Below are positions 22,727 through 32,620 of a DNA stretch of 33,000 nt, one piece after another. Below the pieces are notes generated by a model that made no database searches, was not told the DNA's origin, and was given only the letters and a program-made list of their open reading frames with translations. This DNA is from Octopus sinensis (taxonomy: Eukaryota). Every line of letters begins with the position of its first letter. The first letter of the stretch is position 1. Location of the stretch: NCBI RefSeq assembly GCF_006345805.1, contig NC_043012.1, positions 48,732,001 through 48,765,000 on the forward strand. The letters are read 5' to 3'. Both the position numbers and the translations under genes were made by a program.

Positions 22727-22788
22727 GGGATTGAAGTCGGAATCTTGGGGTTAGTAGCCCTCGTTCTTAACCACTACGCTATATGCCC

Positions 22789-23080
22789 GATATGTTTAAA
22801 GCTGCTCTTGACATTCGGGTGTAAGTTCCATCTAGCTTGGATTCCAGTTTTTTTGGTAAGCGTCCAGGCTGTAGCTACATATAAAAGGACAGACTCTACT
22901 GTTGCACTGGACACATGCTTCTTAAGGTTGTCTGACAGGGTTGATTTCCAGACAACATGCTGATTGTTTAAAGCTGACCCTGCTTCGGCTGTCCAGGTTT
23001 TTACGTCTTTTTTCAGCTGAGGCTGAACCGAGGTGCGAGAAATCATTAACTTGATTGTTGGGGTCTCGGCTGATGTTGGT
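22789..23080 (-). pseudogene. RTE-clade LINE RT C-terminal remnant (upstream piece)
   Basis: With frameshifts reads QVNDFSHLGS...KDVKTWTAEAGSALN...VWKSTLSDNLKK...ATVESVLLYVATAWTLTKK/LESKLDGTYTRMSRAALNIS, matching the RTE motifs FxYLGS and VESVLLYGxxxWTL. Confidence 0.85.
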
Positions 23081-23144
23081 GATAGATCTATGCTGATGGT
23101 GAGCAACGTATGAGAATGAACTTGAGAATGAAATGCAAGTTATA

Positions 23145-23180
<36 letters not shown>

Positions 23181-23181
<1 letters not shown>

Positions 23182-23820
23182 TAAGGTATGTAGAAAAATA
23201 CAACATGGACAAGAACGTATAACTCTTAGAAGACGATACAATAAACATGGACAGGACATTCGAACCCCTCAGTCTTCAGTCAAGAACCGGATCATCGTAG
23301 TAATTTCGGCTGATTAATCTTGAGATTACTAGATCACGGCCAGCCCTCCAAGAAAAACTAAGCAACGAGCATTATATATATATATATATATATATACCTT
23401 CAACAATTGAGGGTAAAATTAATTAATTATTAATCAATTTCACCAAGTATTCAGTATGTAAAGGGACCATTTTAGGCGAATTCAAAATATTACATTATAT
23501 ATAAGGGCTTAGTAAAATAAATTACTTTGCCACAAACTGAACTCATTAGAAATAGCAGCTAAAGAAATTTCTTCAGCTATTTCTAATACTTAAAGAAGAT
23601 CTCTCTCAGATAGTGTTTGCCTAAACCAACTCACAAAGGTATGGGGGAAAAAACATTAAAAATCAAGTGCAAAGGTTATTTGAGAACGTACGTGAGTTGG
23701 TTTAGGCAAACACTATCTGAGAGAGATCTTCTTTAAGTATTAGAATAGCTGAAGAAATTTCTTTAGCTGCTATTTCTAATGAGTTCAGTATGTGGCAAAG
23801 TAATTTATTTTACTAAGCCT

Positions 23821-23830
<10 letters not shown>
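23181..23830. repeat. Element in a TA tract ending in a long inverted repeat (arms 23494-23634 and 23692-23830, 57-bp spacer)
   Basis: Arms of 141 and 139 bp differ by two 1-bp indels and one substitution by eye; the region is flanked by (TA)n on both sides. Confidence 0.8.
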
Positions 23831-23883
<53 letters not shown>

Positions 23884-23900
23884 TTACACACACACACATA

Positions 23901-24145
23901 TACTCTTTACTTTCTTGTTTCAGTCATTTGACTGTGGCCATGCTGGAGCACCGCCTTTAGTCGAGCAAATCTACCCCAGGACTTATTCTTTGTAAGCCTA
24001 GTACGTATTCTATCAGTGTCTTTTGCCGAACCGCTAAGTTACTGGGACGTAAACACACCAGCATCGGTTGTCAACTGATGTTGGGGGGACAAACACAGAC
24101 ACAAACATATACCACACAACATACATACATACATACATACATACA

Positions 24146-24181
<36 letters not shown>

Positions 24182-24717
24182 TAATAACAATTTAATAAAT
24201 AAAACATATGCATACATACATACATATATGTACATACCTACATCTATATGTATATATACATGCATATATGGGTACAGGACACCGCAAAAAAAAATGTAGA
24301 ACACAACGAGAAACGAAAACATAAACACAAAACAAGGAAACGGACCTTTTTTTAACAACGAAAAAATAGAGTACATGACATACAACACAAGGAATATTCC
24401 CCTTCTTCAGCTGCCCCAGTTTCGACTCAATGCGTGTTTCGAAGGTAAGAGCAGAACACGACTACGTTGAAACAATCCTTCCCGCAAAGCGAATTAAATA
24501 AAAAAATTTTTTTGCGGAGGGGTAAAAAAAGGTGACAAGAACAGGACAGTAAAAGCAATACAAATAAAAAAACCCAGTACAAATAAAGATAAAAAACAGT
24601 AAAAAACAGGACAAGGAGAAACCAACAATAAGGGCTTCTTTAAGCCTAGACGGTGGAAAAATTCATTTGAACGCATTCTGAAGAACGGCTTACGAGGACA
24701 GGAGAAGCCGTTGTTGA

Positions 24718-24786
<69 letters not shown>

Positions 24787-24960
24787 GCATACATATATAC
24801 GTCGGCTTCTTTCAGTTTCTGTCTACCAAATCCACTCACAGGGCTTTGGTCGGCCTGAGGCTATAGTAGAAGACACTTGCCCAAGGTTCCACGCTGTGGG
24901 ACTGAACCCGGAACCATGTGGTTCGTAAGCAAGCTACTTACCACACAGCCACTCCTACGC
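23901..24960 (-). mobile_element. SINE-B split at its internal microsatellite (tail 23901-24120, head ~24795-24960)
   Basis: Both halves match the reverse complement of near-consensus SINE-B; they are separated by expanded (TACA)n/(TA)n and an unrelated insert. Confidence 0.8.
24270..24719. mobile_element. Unclassified ~450-bp insert within the SINE-B microsatellite
   Basis: Non-repetitive A-rich segment bounded on both sides by TA-type microsatellite of the host SINE; family not identifiable from the window. Confidence 0.45.
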
Positions 24961-25649
24961 ATACATCTAGTTTGGATTCCTTCTCACTTCGCAGGAAAAT
25001 TACACTTACGAATCGTGGTCTGAGAAACCCGTTAGTTTGGCTAGCACTGCGGCCATACACGAGAAATTAGTAATCGAAAGACATTCTATAACATAAGTGA
25101 AATGAAAAGGTTCCCATAATGAAATGGTTCCCATTGGAAGAGAAGCTTTGTCCCAGTGTAGTTGTAAATAAGTTTCATGTGTATAATTGGTATATATTCA
25201 GTCTTGAGCAATGCATTAGTAATCAGAACAAAGACAGGGTGTCAAATATTATATCGGCCCTGTGTCTGTAAAACGGGGTAGGGTGGGTGGTGAATGTGAT
25301 AGCTGATGGAGGAGGGAACGATGGGATGTTGACAGTGATGATAATAAATCGAAGGCAAAATGTCACTCACAGACACACTCCAGCCATTTACTCATAGACG
25401 TGTTATCTCTTCTCTTAACGTTTATGAGCGTTACTAAAGATGGCCTCTGTTCCTTGGAGCTGCCTGCTTTCGTTCCCGCTCCACTTGAGCCCTCCTCGAC
25501 CCACTCGTCTTTTCTGTCATCTTCTGTATTACGTCCAACCCGCCAGACACGACAACAACTATGATACCAAATTGGTTCCTAGCCAAAAAGTCGTTCCTCT
25601 TGACCTCCCTCTCTGCTCATATATTTCCCTCTGCTATTGAGTCACAACC

Positions 25650-25882
25650 TATTTCTTTACTACCCAGAAGGGGCTAAACACAGAGAGGACAAACAAGGAC
25701 AGACAAATGGATTAAGTCGATTACATCGACCCCAGTGCGTAACTGGTACTTAATTTATCGACCCCGAAAGGATGAAAGGCAAAGTCGACCTTGGCGGAAT
25801 TTGCACTCAGAACGTAACGGCAGACGAAATACGGCTACGCATTTCGCCTGGCGTGCTAACGATTCTGCCAGCTCGCCACCTT
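25650..25882 (-). mobile_element. SINE-A1 with 13-bp TSD
   Basis: Full-length copy; TSD TTGAGT(C/T)ACAACC at 25637-25649 and 25883-25895 (one mismatch). Confidence 0.92.
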
Positions 25883-26296
25883 TTGAGTTACAACCGTTTA
25901 AGTGGAACGTTGATGGTTTCAATCTAACTGATTAAGGACGGCTTGTGAACGATTTGGGTGCTTCTTCTTCCATGAGATTCAGTAAGTTATAAATAGCGGA
26001 AAAGCCTCTCGCTTGTAAGTCACCAACTATGCCCAGAAAGAAGGTAGGTTGCCCCCTGTTGAAGCAGACGGCCACCTACAATATTCTGACGCTGTGGATG
26101 GATGAATGGAGTGGTGGTCTATGTTGGGGAAAGAAAAATCATTTGAATGAATTTCAGTGAAGAAAATGTTGTAGCGGAAACGTTAAAACTATCTTTCCAT
26201 GGCACACTTTCAGTATCCACGTTAAACCCTAGCGACTTATCCAGTAGCATCTTCAAGACGAAAAGCGGAAGATTGTACAAGCAGGTGAGGAGGACA

Positions 26297-26410
<114 letters not shown>

Positions 26411-26769
26411 AGTGGAAAAAAAGAACCAAGAATAGTACACAAAGATCGCTGAAATTGCTGGAATTTTAGAACAGATTGGAGAGATTGGGTTGGGGGGAGG
26501 AATGGGTGGCAGTGTCGGTGTGAGGCGGTGGTGATGGTAATAGTATTGTGTAAGGTTGGTGGTGGTGGTGGTGGTGCTGCCGGTGGCGGCGATGGTGCTA
26601 TTTAGTGGTGCTGGTGGTGGTGGATGGGTTGATAGAGGAAGCGGGCGGCGGAGGCCCTGGAGGGAAAGTTGATGGGGATTGGAAGGGGGGGCGATGGTAT
26701 ATAGCTTAGCGTGTTTCCTTTGCCTGAGTAGATGGATCACGTGACATTACTAGCGTTTAGCATCTCACC

Positions 26770-26855
26770 GCTGCTGCTGCCGCTGCTGCTGCCGCTGCTG
26801 CTGCCGCTGCTGCTGCCGCTGCTGCTGCCGCTGCTGCTGCTGCCGCTGCTGCTGC

Positions 26856-26898
<43 letters not shown>

Positions 26899-26901
26899 GC
26901 T
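26770..26901. repeat. (GCT/GCC)44 trinucleotide repeat with a 12-bp higher-order unit GCCGCTGCTGCT
   Basis: 132 bp of GCT interrupted by GCC, mostly every fourth triplet. Confidence 0.95.
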
Positions 26902-27006
26902 GTAGGAAGTAATGCTGCAAGTATTTTATAATAGTGGGTGGTGGGGTATGGCGATGCCTATGGCGACGGGAGCGGTGTAAGAGGTGGTGGTGGTGGTGGT
27001 GTTGGT

Positions 27007-27106
27007 NNNNNNNNNNNNNNNNNNNNNNNNNNNNNNNNNNNNNNNNNNNNNNNNNNNNNNNNNNNNNNNNNNNNNNNNNNNNNNNNNNNNNNNNNNNNNN
27101 NNNNNN
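27007..27106. other. Assembly gap (100 N)
   Basis: Run of N; adjacency across the gap is uncertain. Confidence 1.
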
Positions 27107-27145
27107 ATATATATATATTTATATATATATTTATATATATATTAG

Positions 27146-27184
<39 letters not shown>

Positions 27185-27244
27185 ATATATATGTATATGT
27201 ATATATATATATGCATGTATGTATATAAGCACACCAACCCACAC

Positions 27245-27605
27245 ATGGGACTGTGGTAAGAAGTTCGCTTCCCAAGCACATGTGTCCGGGTTCAGTGGCA
27301 CCATAGGCGAGTCTCTTCTATTACACGGGTCAACCATAGCCTTGTAGCCTTGTGAGTGAATTTCATAAACGGAAACTAAAAGAATCCTTCATATACATGT
27401 GCGTGTTTGTGCTTCTTTACGTTTGTGTCTCCCCCCCACCACCAATCGTTCGACAACTGGTGTCAGTTTCATTGCGTCCCCTAACTGAACGTTTCAGCCC
27501 CACAAGAAATTGATAAAATAGATAGGTACTAGTGTCAATTTGTTTGACTAAACCCTTCAAGACCAGAATGGCCGCAGTCCAGTGTTTGAAACAAATAAAA
27601 GATAA
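27245..27605 (+). mobile_element. Degenerate SINE-B
   Basis: CTGTGGTAAGAAGTTCGCTTCCCAAGCACATG ... GGAAACTAAAAGAA ... GAATGGCCGCAGTCCAGTGTTTGAAAC. Confidence 0.65.
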
Positions 27606-27642
27606 TATATGAATAATATATGAATATATATATATTAGTAAA

Positions 27643-27950
27643 GGAGGCGCAATGGCCCAGTGGTTAGGGCAGCGGAGTCACGGTTGTAGTATCGCGGTTT
27701 CGATTCCCAGACCGGGCGTTGTAAATGTTTATTGAGCGAATACACATAAAGCTCCACGACGCTCCGGCAGCGGGTGGTGGCGATCCCTGTTGTACTCTTT
27801 CGCCGCAACTTTCTCCCACTCTTTCTTCTGTTGGCCTGCTCGCTTAGCCAGCGGGGTGGCGTCATTTGAAGGCTAAAACAATGCGAAGCGCATTGTGACC
27901 AGCGATGTGTAGCACATCTGATAGCCTGGTCAGTCACGGTGATCACGGTG
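27643..27950 (+). mobile_element. SINE-C with 13-bp TSD
   Basis: A box TGGCCCAGTGG, B box GGTTTCGATTCC; TSD ATATATTAGTAAA at 27630-27642 and 27951-27963. Confidence 0.9.
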
Positions 27951-27981
27951 ATATATTAGTAAATACATACATGCATACATA

Positions 27982-28195
27982 CGAGAGGTTGCTGAAAACC
28001 TCCTGGCTTTAAGGGTATCACGAAAGCATGGTTGGAGGCCCAACTTTCTGCTTCGTTTACAGGGCTTAGGAAATCCGAAGGCCCGCTGCGATAAGTGAGT
28101 GGATCTGAGAAGGGAATATGTTGCATGAAACCTTAACTTATTCTCCTGTATTTTCTTGCACACAAAGCCAGGAACTTTTCAGCAACCCCCACTCG
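27982..28195 (+). mobile_element. Mariner-derived MITE (CGAG...CTCG termini, TA TSD)
   Basis: Imperfect TIRs CGAGAGGTTGCTGAAAACCTCCTGGCTTT / AAAGCCAGGAACTTTTCAGCAACCCCCACTCG flanked by TA; the TIR resembles Hsmar2-type CGAGGGG...AAAAGTTC; second copy at 31672-31883. Confidence 0.8.
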
Positions 28196-28254
28196 TATAA
28201 ATGTACGTTCGTATTATATGTATGTGCATGCGTGTATGATGCATATGCATGTGG

Positions 28255-28380
28255 TTATGTTTTGGGACTCGTGAGCGTAAATACGTACGTTCAATTCCCG
28301 GACCGAGCGATGCTGTTTGTCTTTAAGCGATGCGCATCATCTTATGGTACTCCAGTCCAGTCCACTGAAAAATCGTACCA
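28255..28380 (+). mobile_element. Degenerate SINE-D-like fragment
   Basis: GTTCAATTCCCGGACCGAGCGATGC ... CTCCAGTCCA ... AAAAAT resembles the reverse complement of 10881-11145. Confidence 0.4.
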
Positions 28381-28701
28381 GTCACCTGTTGGTGCATATC
28401 ATACCTTTATCGCAGTAGTCATATGCTCGATGCTACGCTGGGTTATTTATGAAAGAGACGATAGGGTGCCTATGTGCGCGCGATTACCTAGGCACCTAAG
28501 ACAGTTTTAGCAAACACATTTCGTGGGTGTTACATGTATAATTTAATGACATTTCATTAACTCCATACAGCTTTGAGTTTCGGGGGTTTGTAAAATGAAC
28601 GTAGCTCTTCTTCGGTTATTTAAGCTTGAAAGACCTGGGTTCGCTTTATGAGCCCACAAAACTGTCATGAAATCAAATCAAAATGTTATTACATAATATA
28701 C

Positions 28702-28732
<31 letters not shown>

Positions 28733-28757
28733 AATGGATATATATATATATATATAT

Positions 28758-28958
28758 ATCCATGATAGATCGTCAGCTACTACACGCATTTTTTTCTCTC
28801 CTTGTTTCTCTCCTTGTTTTTTTCTGTGTATCTTTCTGTCGGAGCGTAGGCTCGAAACGTAAAAGACTTTTCCCATTCCTGACGTTGTACTAATACATTT
28901 GTTTGTTTGTACTCCACCTGCCTTCGTCTTTTGTTTATTTTCGTAAATTTTCCCCTTT
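28758..28958 (+). mobile_element. Short repeat with a degenerate hammerhead-like motif (possible Penelope-like remnant)
   Basis: TCTTT-CTGTCG-GAGC-GTAG-GCTC-GAAA-CGT-A-AAAGA at 28831-28866; flanked by TA tracts. Confidence 0.45.
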
Positions 28959-29043
28959 ATATATATTATATATATATCATATATATATATATGTATATAT
29001 GTGTGTGTGTTTGTGTGTGTATGTATGTGTATATAATATATGT

Positions 29044-29087
<44 letters not shown>

Positions 29088-29714
29088 TGTATGTATCTGT
29101 CTATGTATACGTGTGTATACATATATTATATGTACATATATATGTACGTATGTATATGTGTGTATCTATATGTGTGTATGTATGTGTGTGTGTGTGTATG
29201 TGTTATGGGTGACAGGAGGAGTATTAACTTAAAATTGCCATTTGTGTATCATACCTAAAGTATATACATGGTGAAAGCTTAATTTACTTCGGTACATTTT
29301 AGGAGATAATAAATCATATAGGCTTATATCTCATCTAGATCGTCCCATAGGACGCCCTTATAGACTTATAGCTTGAAGAAACACCTGAGAATCGTCCAGT
29401 AGCGGAGGTGGCATTGCTAAATACACATTTATGTCTCTTTGAGTATCATTAGTAGCAATTATCTACTGGTAACTAAATACTAAAACAACATTAGTCGTTA
29501 TTGATATAGTAAAACGTTGGTTGAAAAATCATCGATGACGCATTTAGCCAGCAAGCTCAATAAATCTTTGTTGTGTGCAACAAAAATAGTATTAGTTTAA
29601 AGGAGCAAACTGTGTATCATACCTAAAGCAGATAAGACGTTGACAGCCTAATTTTTGAGATATCTGTCTTGTGATAATATTCCTTAAAGAGCAATAACTC
29701 TTATAGAGTGATAC

Positions 29715-30550
29715 TTCTTGGAGAAGAAGAAAAATATGAAGAAGATGAAGAAAAAAGGGAAAAGAAGGAGAAGAAAGAGGTGGATATGGGGAAGAAGGAG
29801 CAAGAAAGGTGGAGAAAAAGAAGAAGAAAAAGAAGAAAAGGAAAAGAAGAAGCAGAATGAGAAGAAGGAGGAGAAGGTAGAGATGAAGAAGAAGAAGAAG
29901 AAGAAGGAAGGAAAGGAATAAGGAGCAGAATGAGAAAAAGGAAGAAGTGGCAGAGATGGAGAAGAACAAGGAGGAGGAGGCGGAGATGACGAAGAAAAGA
30001 AGAAAAGGAAAAAGAAGCAGAACGAGAAGAAAGAGGAGGAGGTAGTGATGGAGAAGAATGAGGAGAAGGCGAAGTAGGAGAAGAGAAGAACGAGGAGATA
30101 GAGGTGGTGGTGGAGAAGAAGAAGAATGAGGAGGAGATAGAGGTGGTGGTGGAGAAGAAGAAGAATGAGGAGGGGGAGGAGGTGGAAAAGGAGGGGATGG
30201 AAATGAAGAAGAACAACGAGGAGAAGGTGGAGAAGAAGAAGGAGAGGAGGAGAATGTGGAAGAGAAGGTGAAGGTGGAAAAGAAGGGGAGAAGAAAGATA
30301 AGAAAAAACTGAAGAGAAGGATGGAAAGGAGGAGGAGGTGGTGGTCGAGAAGAAGTGGTGGAAGTGGAGGAAGAGGAGGTGGAGGAGGATGGTGGTGGTA
30401 GTGGTGGTGGTGGAGGGGATGGGTTGGAAGTGGAGGGAAAAGGAGGGGTAAAAGAAGAAGAAGAAGAAGAAGAAGGAGGAGGGGAAGAAGAAGAAGAAGA
30501 AGAAGAAGGAGGGGAAGAAGAAGAAGAAGAAGAAGAAGAAGAAGAAGAAG
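29715..30550 (+). repeat. ~835-bp GAA/GAG-rich polypurine low-complexity tract
   Basis: Almost pure purine on +; includes a perfect 39-bp tandem duplication (30092-30130 and 30131-30169). Confidence 0.9.
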
Positions 30551-30843
30551 ATGCTAATTTTGACCGGCATAATTTGTATGATTACACTAAGTAATTTATA
30601 ACGAAAAGACTAACTAATGTGCTGGTGGTATTGTAGGACAGAGAGCAGTAATATGGGTTTCTGTCACAGTGTTCAGCCAGCACCCAGTATTATATTTAAG
30701 CATTCTAAAAGAAGCTGATGTTCTTGAATCTTTGCAATAAGAATAAATCTGAATCAATGTTGATTAAAGTGTTTTAATTAGAATCAAAAGAAATGCCCGC
30801 TGGTGGAATGGGGCCCAAACACCCGCAGAAAGGTAGCTGCATA

Positions 30844-31075
30844 AGGCGGCGAGTTGGCAGAAACGTTAGCACGCCGGGCGAAATGCTTAGCAGTATTTGA
30901 TCTGCCGCTACGTTCTGAGTTCAAATTCCGCCGAGGTCGACTTTGCCTTTCATCCTTTCGGGGTCGATAAATTAAGTACCAGTTACGCACTGGGGTCGAT
31001 GTAATCGACTTAATCCGTTTGTCTGTCCTTGTTTGTCCCCGCTATGTTAAGCCCCTTGTGGGCAATAAATAAATA
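30844..31075 (+). mobile_element. SINE-A1 with 17-bp TSD
   Basis: Full-length copy; TSD AGAAAG(G/C)TAGCTGCATA at 30827-30843 and 31076-31092 (one mismatch). Confidence 0.92.
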
Positions 31076-31454
31076 AGAAAGCTAGCTGCATATCTCACTA
31101 TTTAGTTTCTATAAGTGGGGTACATTGTTCAGTATTAAGAACTGGAAATCATATCTGTTCACGGTTGTTCTTGACCTGATCAAGCAAACCTGTGATCAGA
31201 TATATTCCAGCCTTGCCCATCTCATGTTATTTTAGACATTGTATATTTTGTACTACATTATCCAATATATCTTTTCTTAAGACGTTGGAATATGATTTGA
31301 AGGTTATTTTATCGTTATTTTGTTATAGGCTGAGCATTCATGGAGAGTACCCCTCGGTGGTACGTTGTGCGGGCATTACATTTGCTGTAGAGCAAGCATT
31401 GCATACATTTCTACTTCGTTTTTAATCTTTTCATTAGCAGACCTTATGATATAT

Positions 31455-31669
31455 TGTCATCCTGTACTTGTTTCAGTCATTAGACTGCGGCCATGCTAGG
31501 GCACTGCTTTGACATTTTAGTCGAAGAAGTCGACCCCAGTACTCATTCTTTTCTAAGCCTGGGACTTATTCTATCGGCCACTATGTTATAGGAACATAAA
31601 CGCACCGACACCGGTTGTCAAGCGGTGGTGGAAAACAAACACAGATACAAAGATACACGCATAGATGCA
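31455..31669 (-). mobile_element. Diverged SINE-B tail
   Basis: ACTTGTTTCAGTCATTAGACTGCGGCCATGCT ... GTCGACCCCAGTACT ... GGTTGTCAAGCG matches the reverse complement of SINE-B tails. Confidence 0.65.
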
Positions 31670-31671
31670 TA

Positions 31672-31883
31672 CGACGGGTACTGAAAAGTTCATGGCTTTA
31701 AAGATCTCGCAAAAGGCCTGGCTGGAGGTCCGAACTTCCGAGTTCTTTTACAGGGCTTGGGGAAAATGAAGGACCACTGTAATAAGTGCGTGAATCTGAG
31801 AGGGGAACATATTGAACAAAATCATAACTGACCATCTTGTATTTACTTTTACCCAAAGCCAAGAACTTTCCTGCGCCGCTTCG
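31672..31883 (+). mobile_element. Mariner-derived MITE, second copy
   Basis: TA-CGACGGGTACTGAAAAGTTCATGGCTTT ... AAAGCCAAGAACTTTCCTGCGCCGCTTCG; the internal frame reads FLQGLGKMKDHCNKCVNLRGEHIEQ, like the mariner transposase C-terminus (GIxxLxxRWxKCxxxxGxYxE). Confidence 0.75.
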
Positions 31884-31892
31884 TGTGTGTGT

Positions 31893-31939
<47 letters not shown>

Positions 31940-31954
31940 TATATATATATATAT

Positions 31955-31997
<43 letters not shown>

Positions 31998-32447
31998 ATA
32001 AATAAGAGACGAAGATGGATAAAGCAACAATGGGAAACTCATGGTTTACGTTGTATGTCTTTAATTAAATAGGTAACAAAGAACGAAGAAGCAGAGATGA
32101 GGGTGGCATTTAAGATCGTTTCGATGTACTGGAGTAAGTAAATCTCTTCAGAATGCGAGTAATAGATAGATGCATTGGTTTAGGATGCGAAAATGATTGA
32201 TACATATGTGACGGTAATGTAAACAAATTGGTAATTCTTACATTCAAATTTTGTTCTTGCACTGGTAAATTCGCTTGGTAGAGGTTTACTTTTGGTAGAT
32301 TGGTTAGTTTCGTTGGGTAATTAGGGTAGGGTGAGTATTATTTAGGTGCGGGTTACCACGTTTAATTAAGCACATTTTTTCTCACGTGTTCATCTTGCAT
32401 TACAGATTTTGACACAGTTACATACATACATACATACATACATATGC

Positions 32448-32501
<54 letters not shown>

Positions 32502-32504
<3 letters not shown>

Positions 32505-32620
32505 TCACAAGGCTATAGTTGAGAAGAGGCTATAGTGGAAGTTATTTGCCCAAGGTGCTATGCAGTGGGACTGAACTTGGAACCATGTTGTTGGGAACCC
32601 AGCATCTTACCACACAAAGA
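32502..32620 (-). mobile_element. SINE-B head fragment
   Basis: GGCTATAGTGGAAGTTATTTGCCCAAGGTGC...GTGGGACTGAACTTGGAACCATG...CTTACCACACA is the reverse complement of a SINE-B head. Confidence 0.65.

Larger units (their letters stand above)
22076..22788 (-). mobile_element. SINE-H: tRNA-like head + (AAT)n + body with hammerhead ribozyme; interrupted by a SINE-B
   Basis: Head GGGCATATAGCGTAGTGGTTAAG (A box TAGCGTAGTGG, 22781-22771), degenerate B box ACTTCAATCC, (AAT)n 22679-22726, hammerhead at 22630-22585; boundaries are defined by the precise interruption of the RTE frame. Confidence 0.7.

Noticed and set aside
23260-23350. Minus-strand GGCTGG...CAGCCGAAA and a nearby CTGAAGA, reminiscent of the SINE-H hammerhead
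   Set aside because: No CUGANGA directly before the stem, and no consistent three-stem fold could be drawn.
24380-24460. Minus-strand GAAAC...GUC...CUGAAGA arrangement resembling a permuted (type II) hammerhead; also CTGAAGA plus an 8-bp hairpin at 24678-24712 on +
   Set aside because: Stem I does not close next to the cleavage site and stem II is weak in the first case; the second has no GAAA after the hairpin.
26040-26110. Minus-strand VGGRLL motif reminiscent of the start of DIRS reverse transcriptase
   Set aside because: The downstream residues do not follow the expected pattern and the frame stops shortly after.
27643-27720. tRNA-like sequences at the starts of SINE-A, B, C, D and H
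   Set aside because: They have A/B boxes but continue into SINE bodies, several have TSDs, and they lack a clean acceptor stem and terminator; not called as tRNA genes.
29701-30570. 289-aa minus-strand ORF (longest in the track) and overlapping poly-K/poly-E ORFs
   Set aside because: It is the antisense reading of the GAA-rich tract (F/S/L-rich), which cannot contain many stops; no domain signature.
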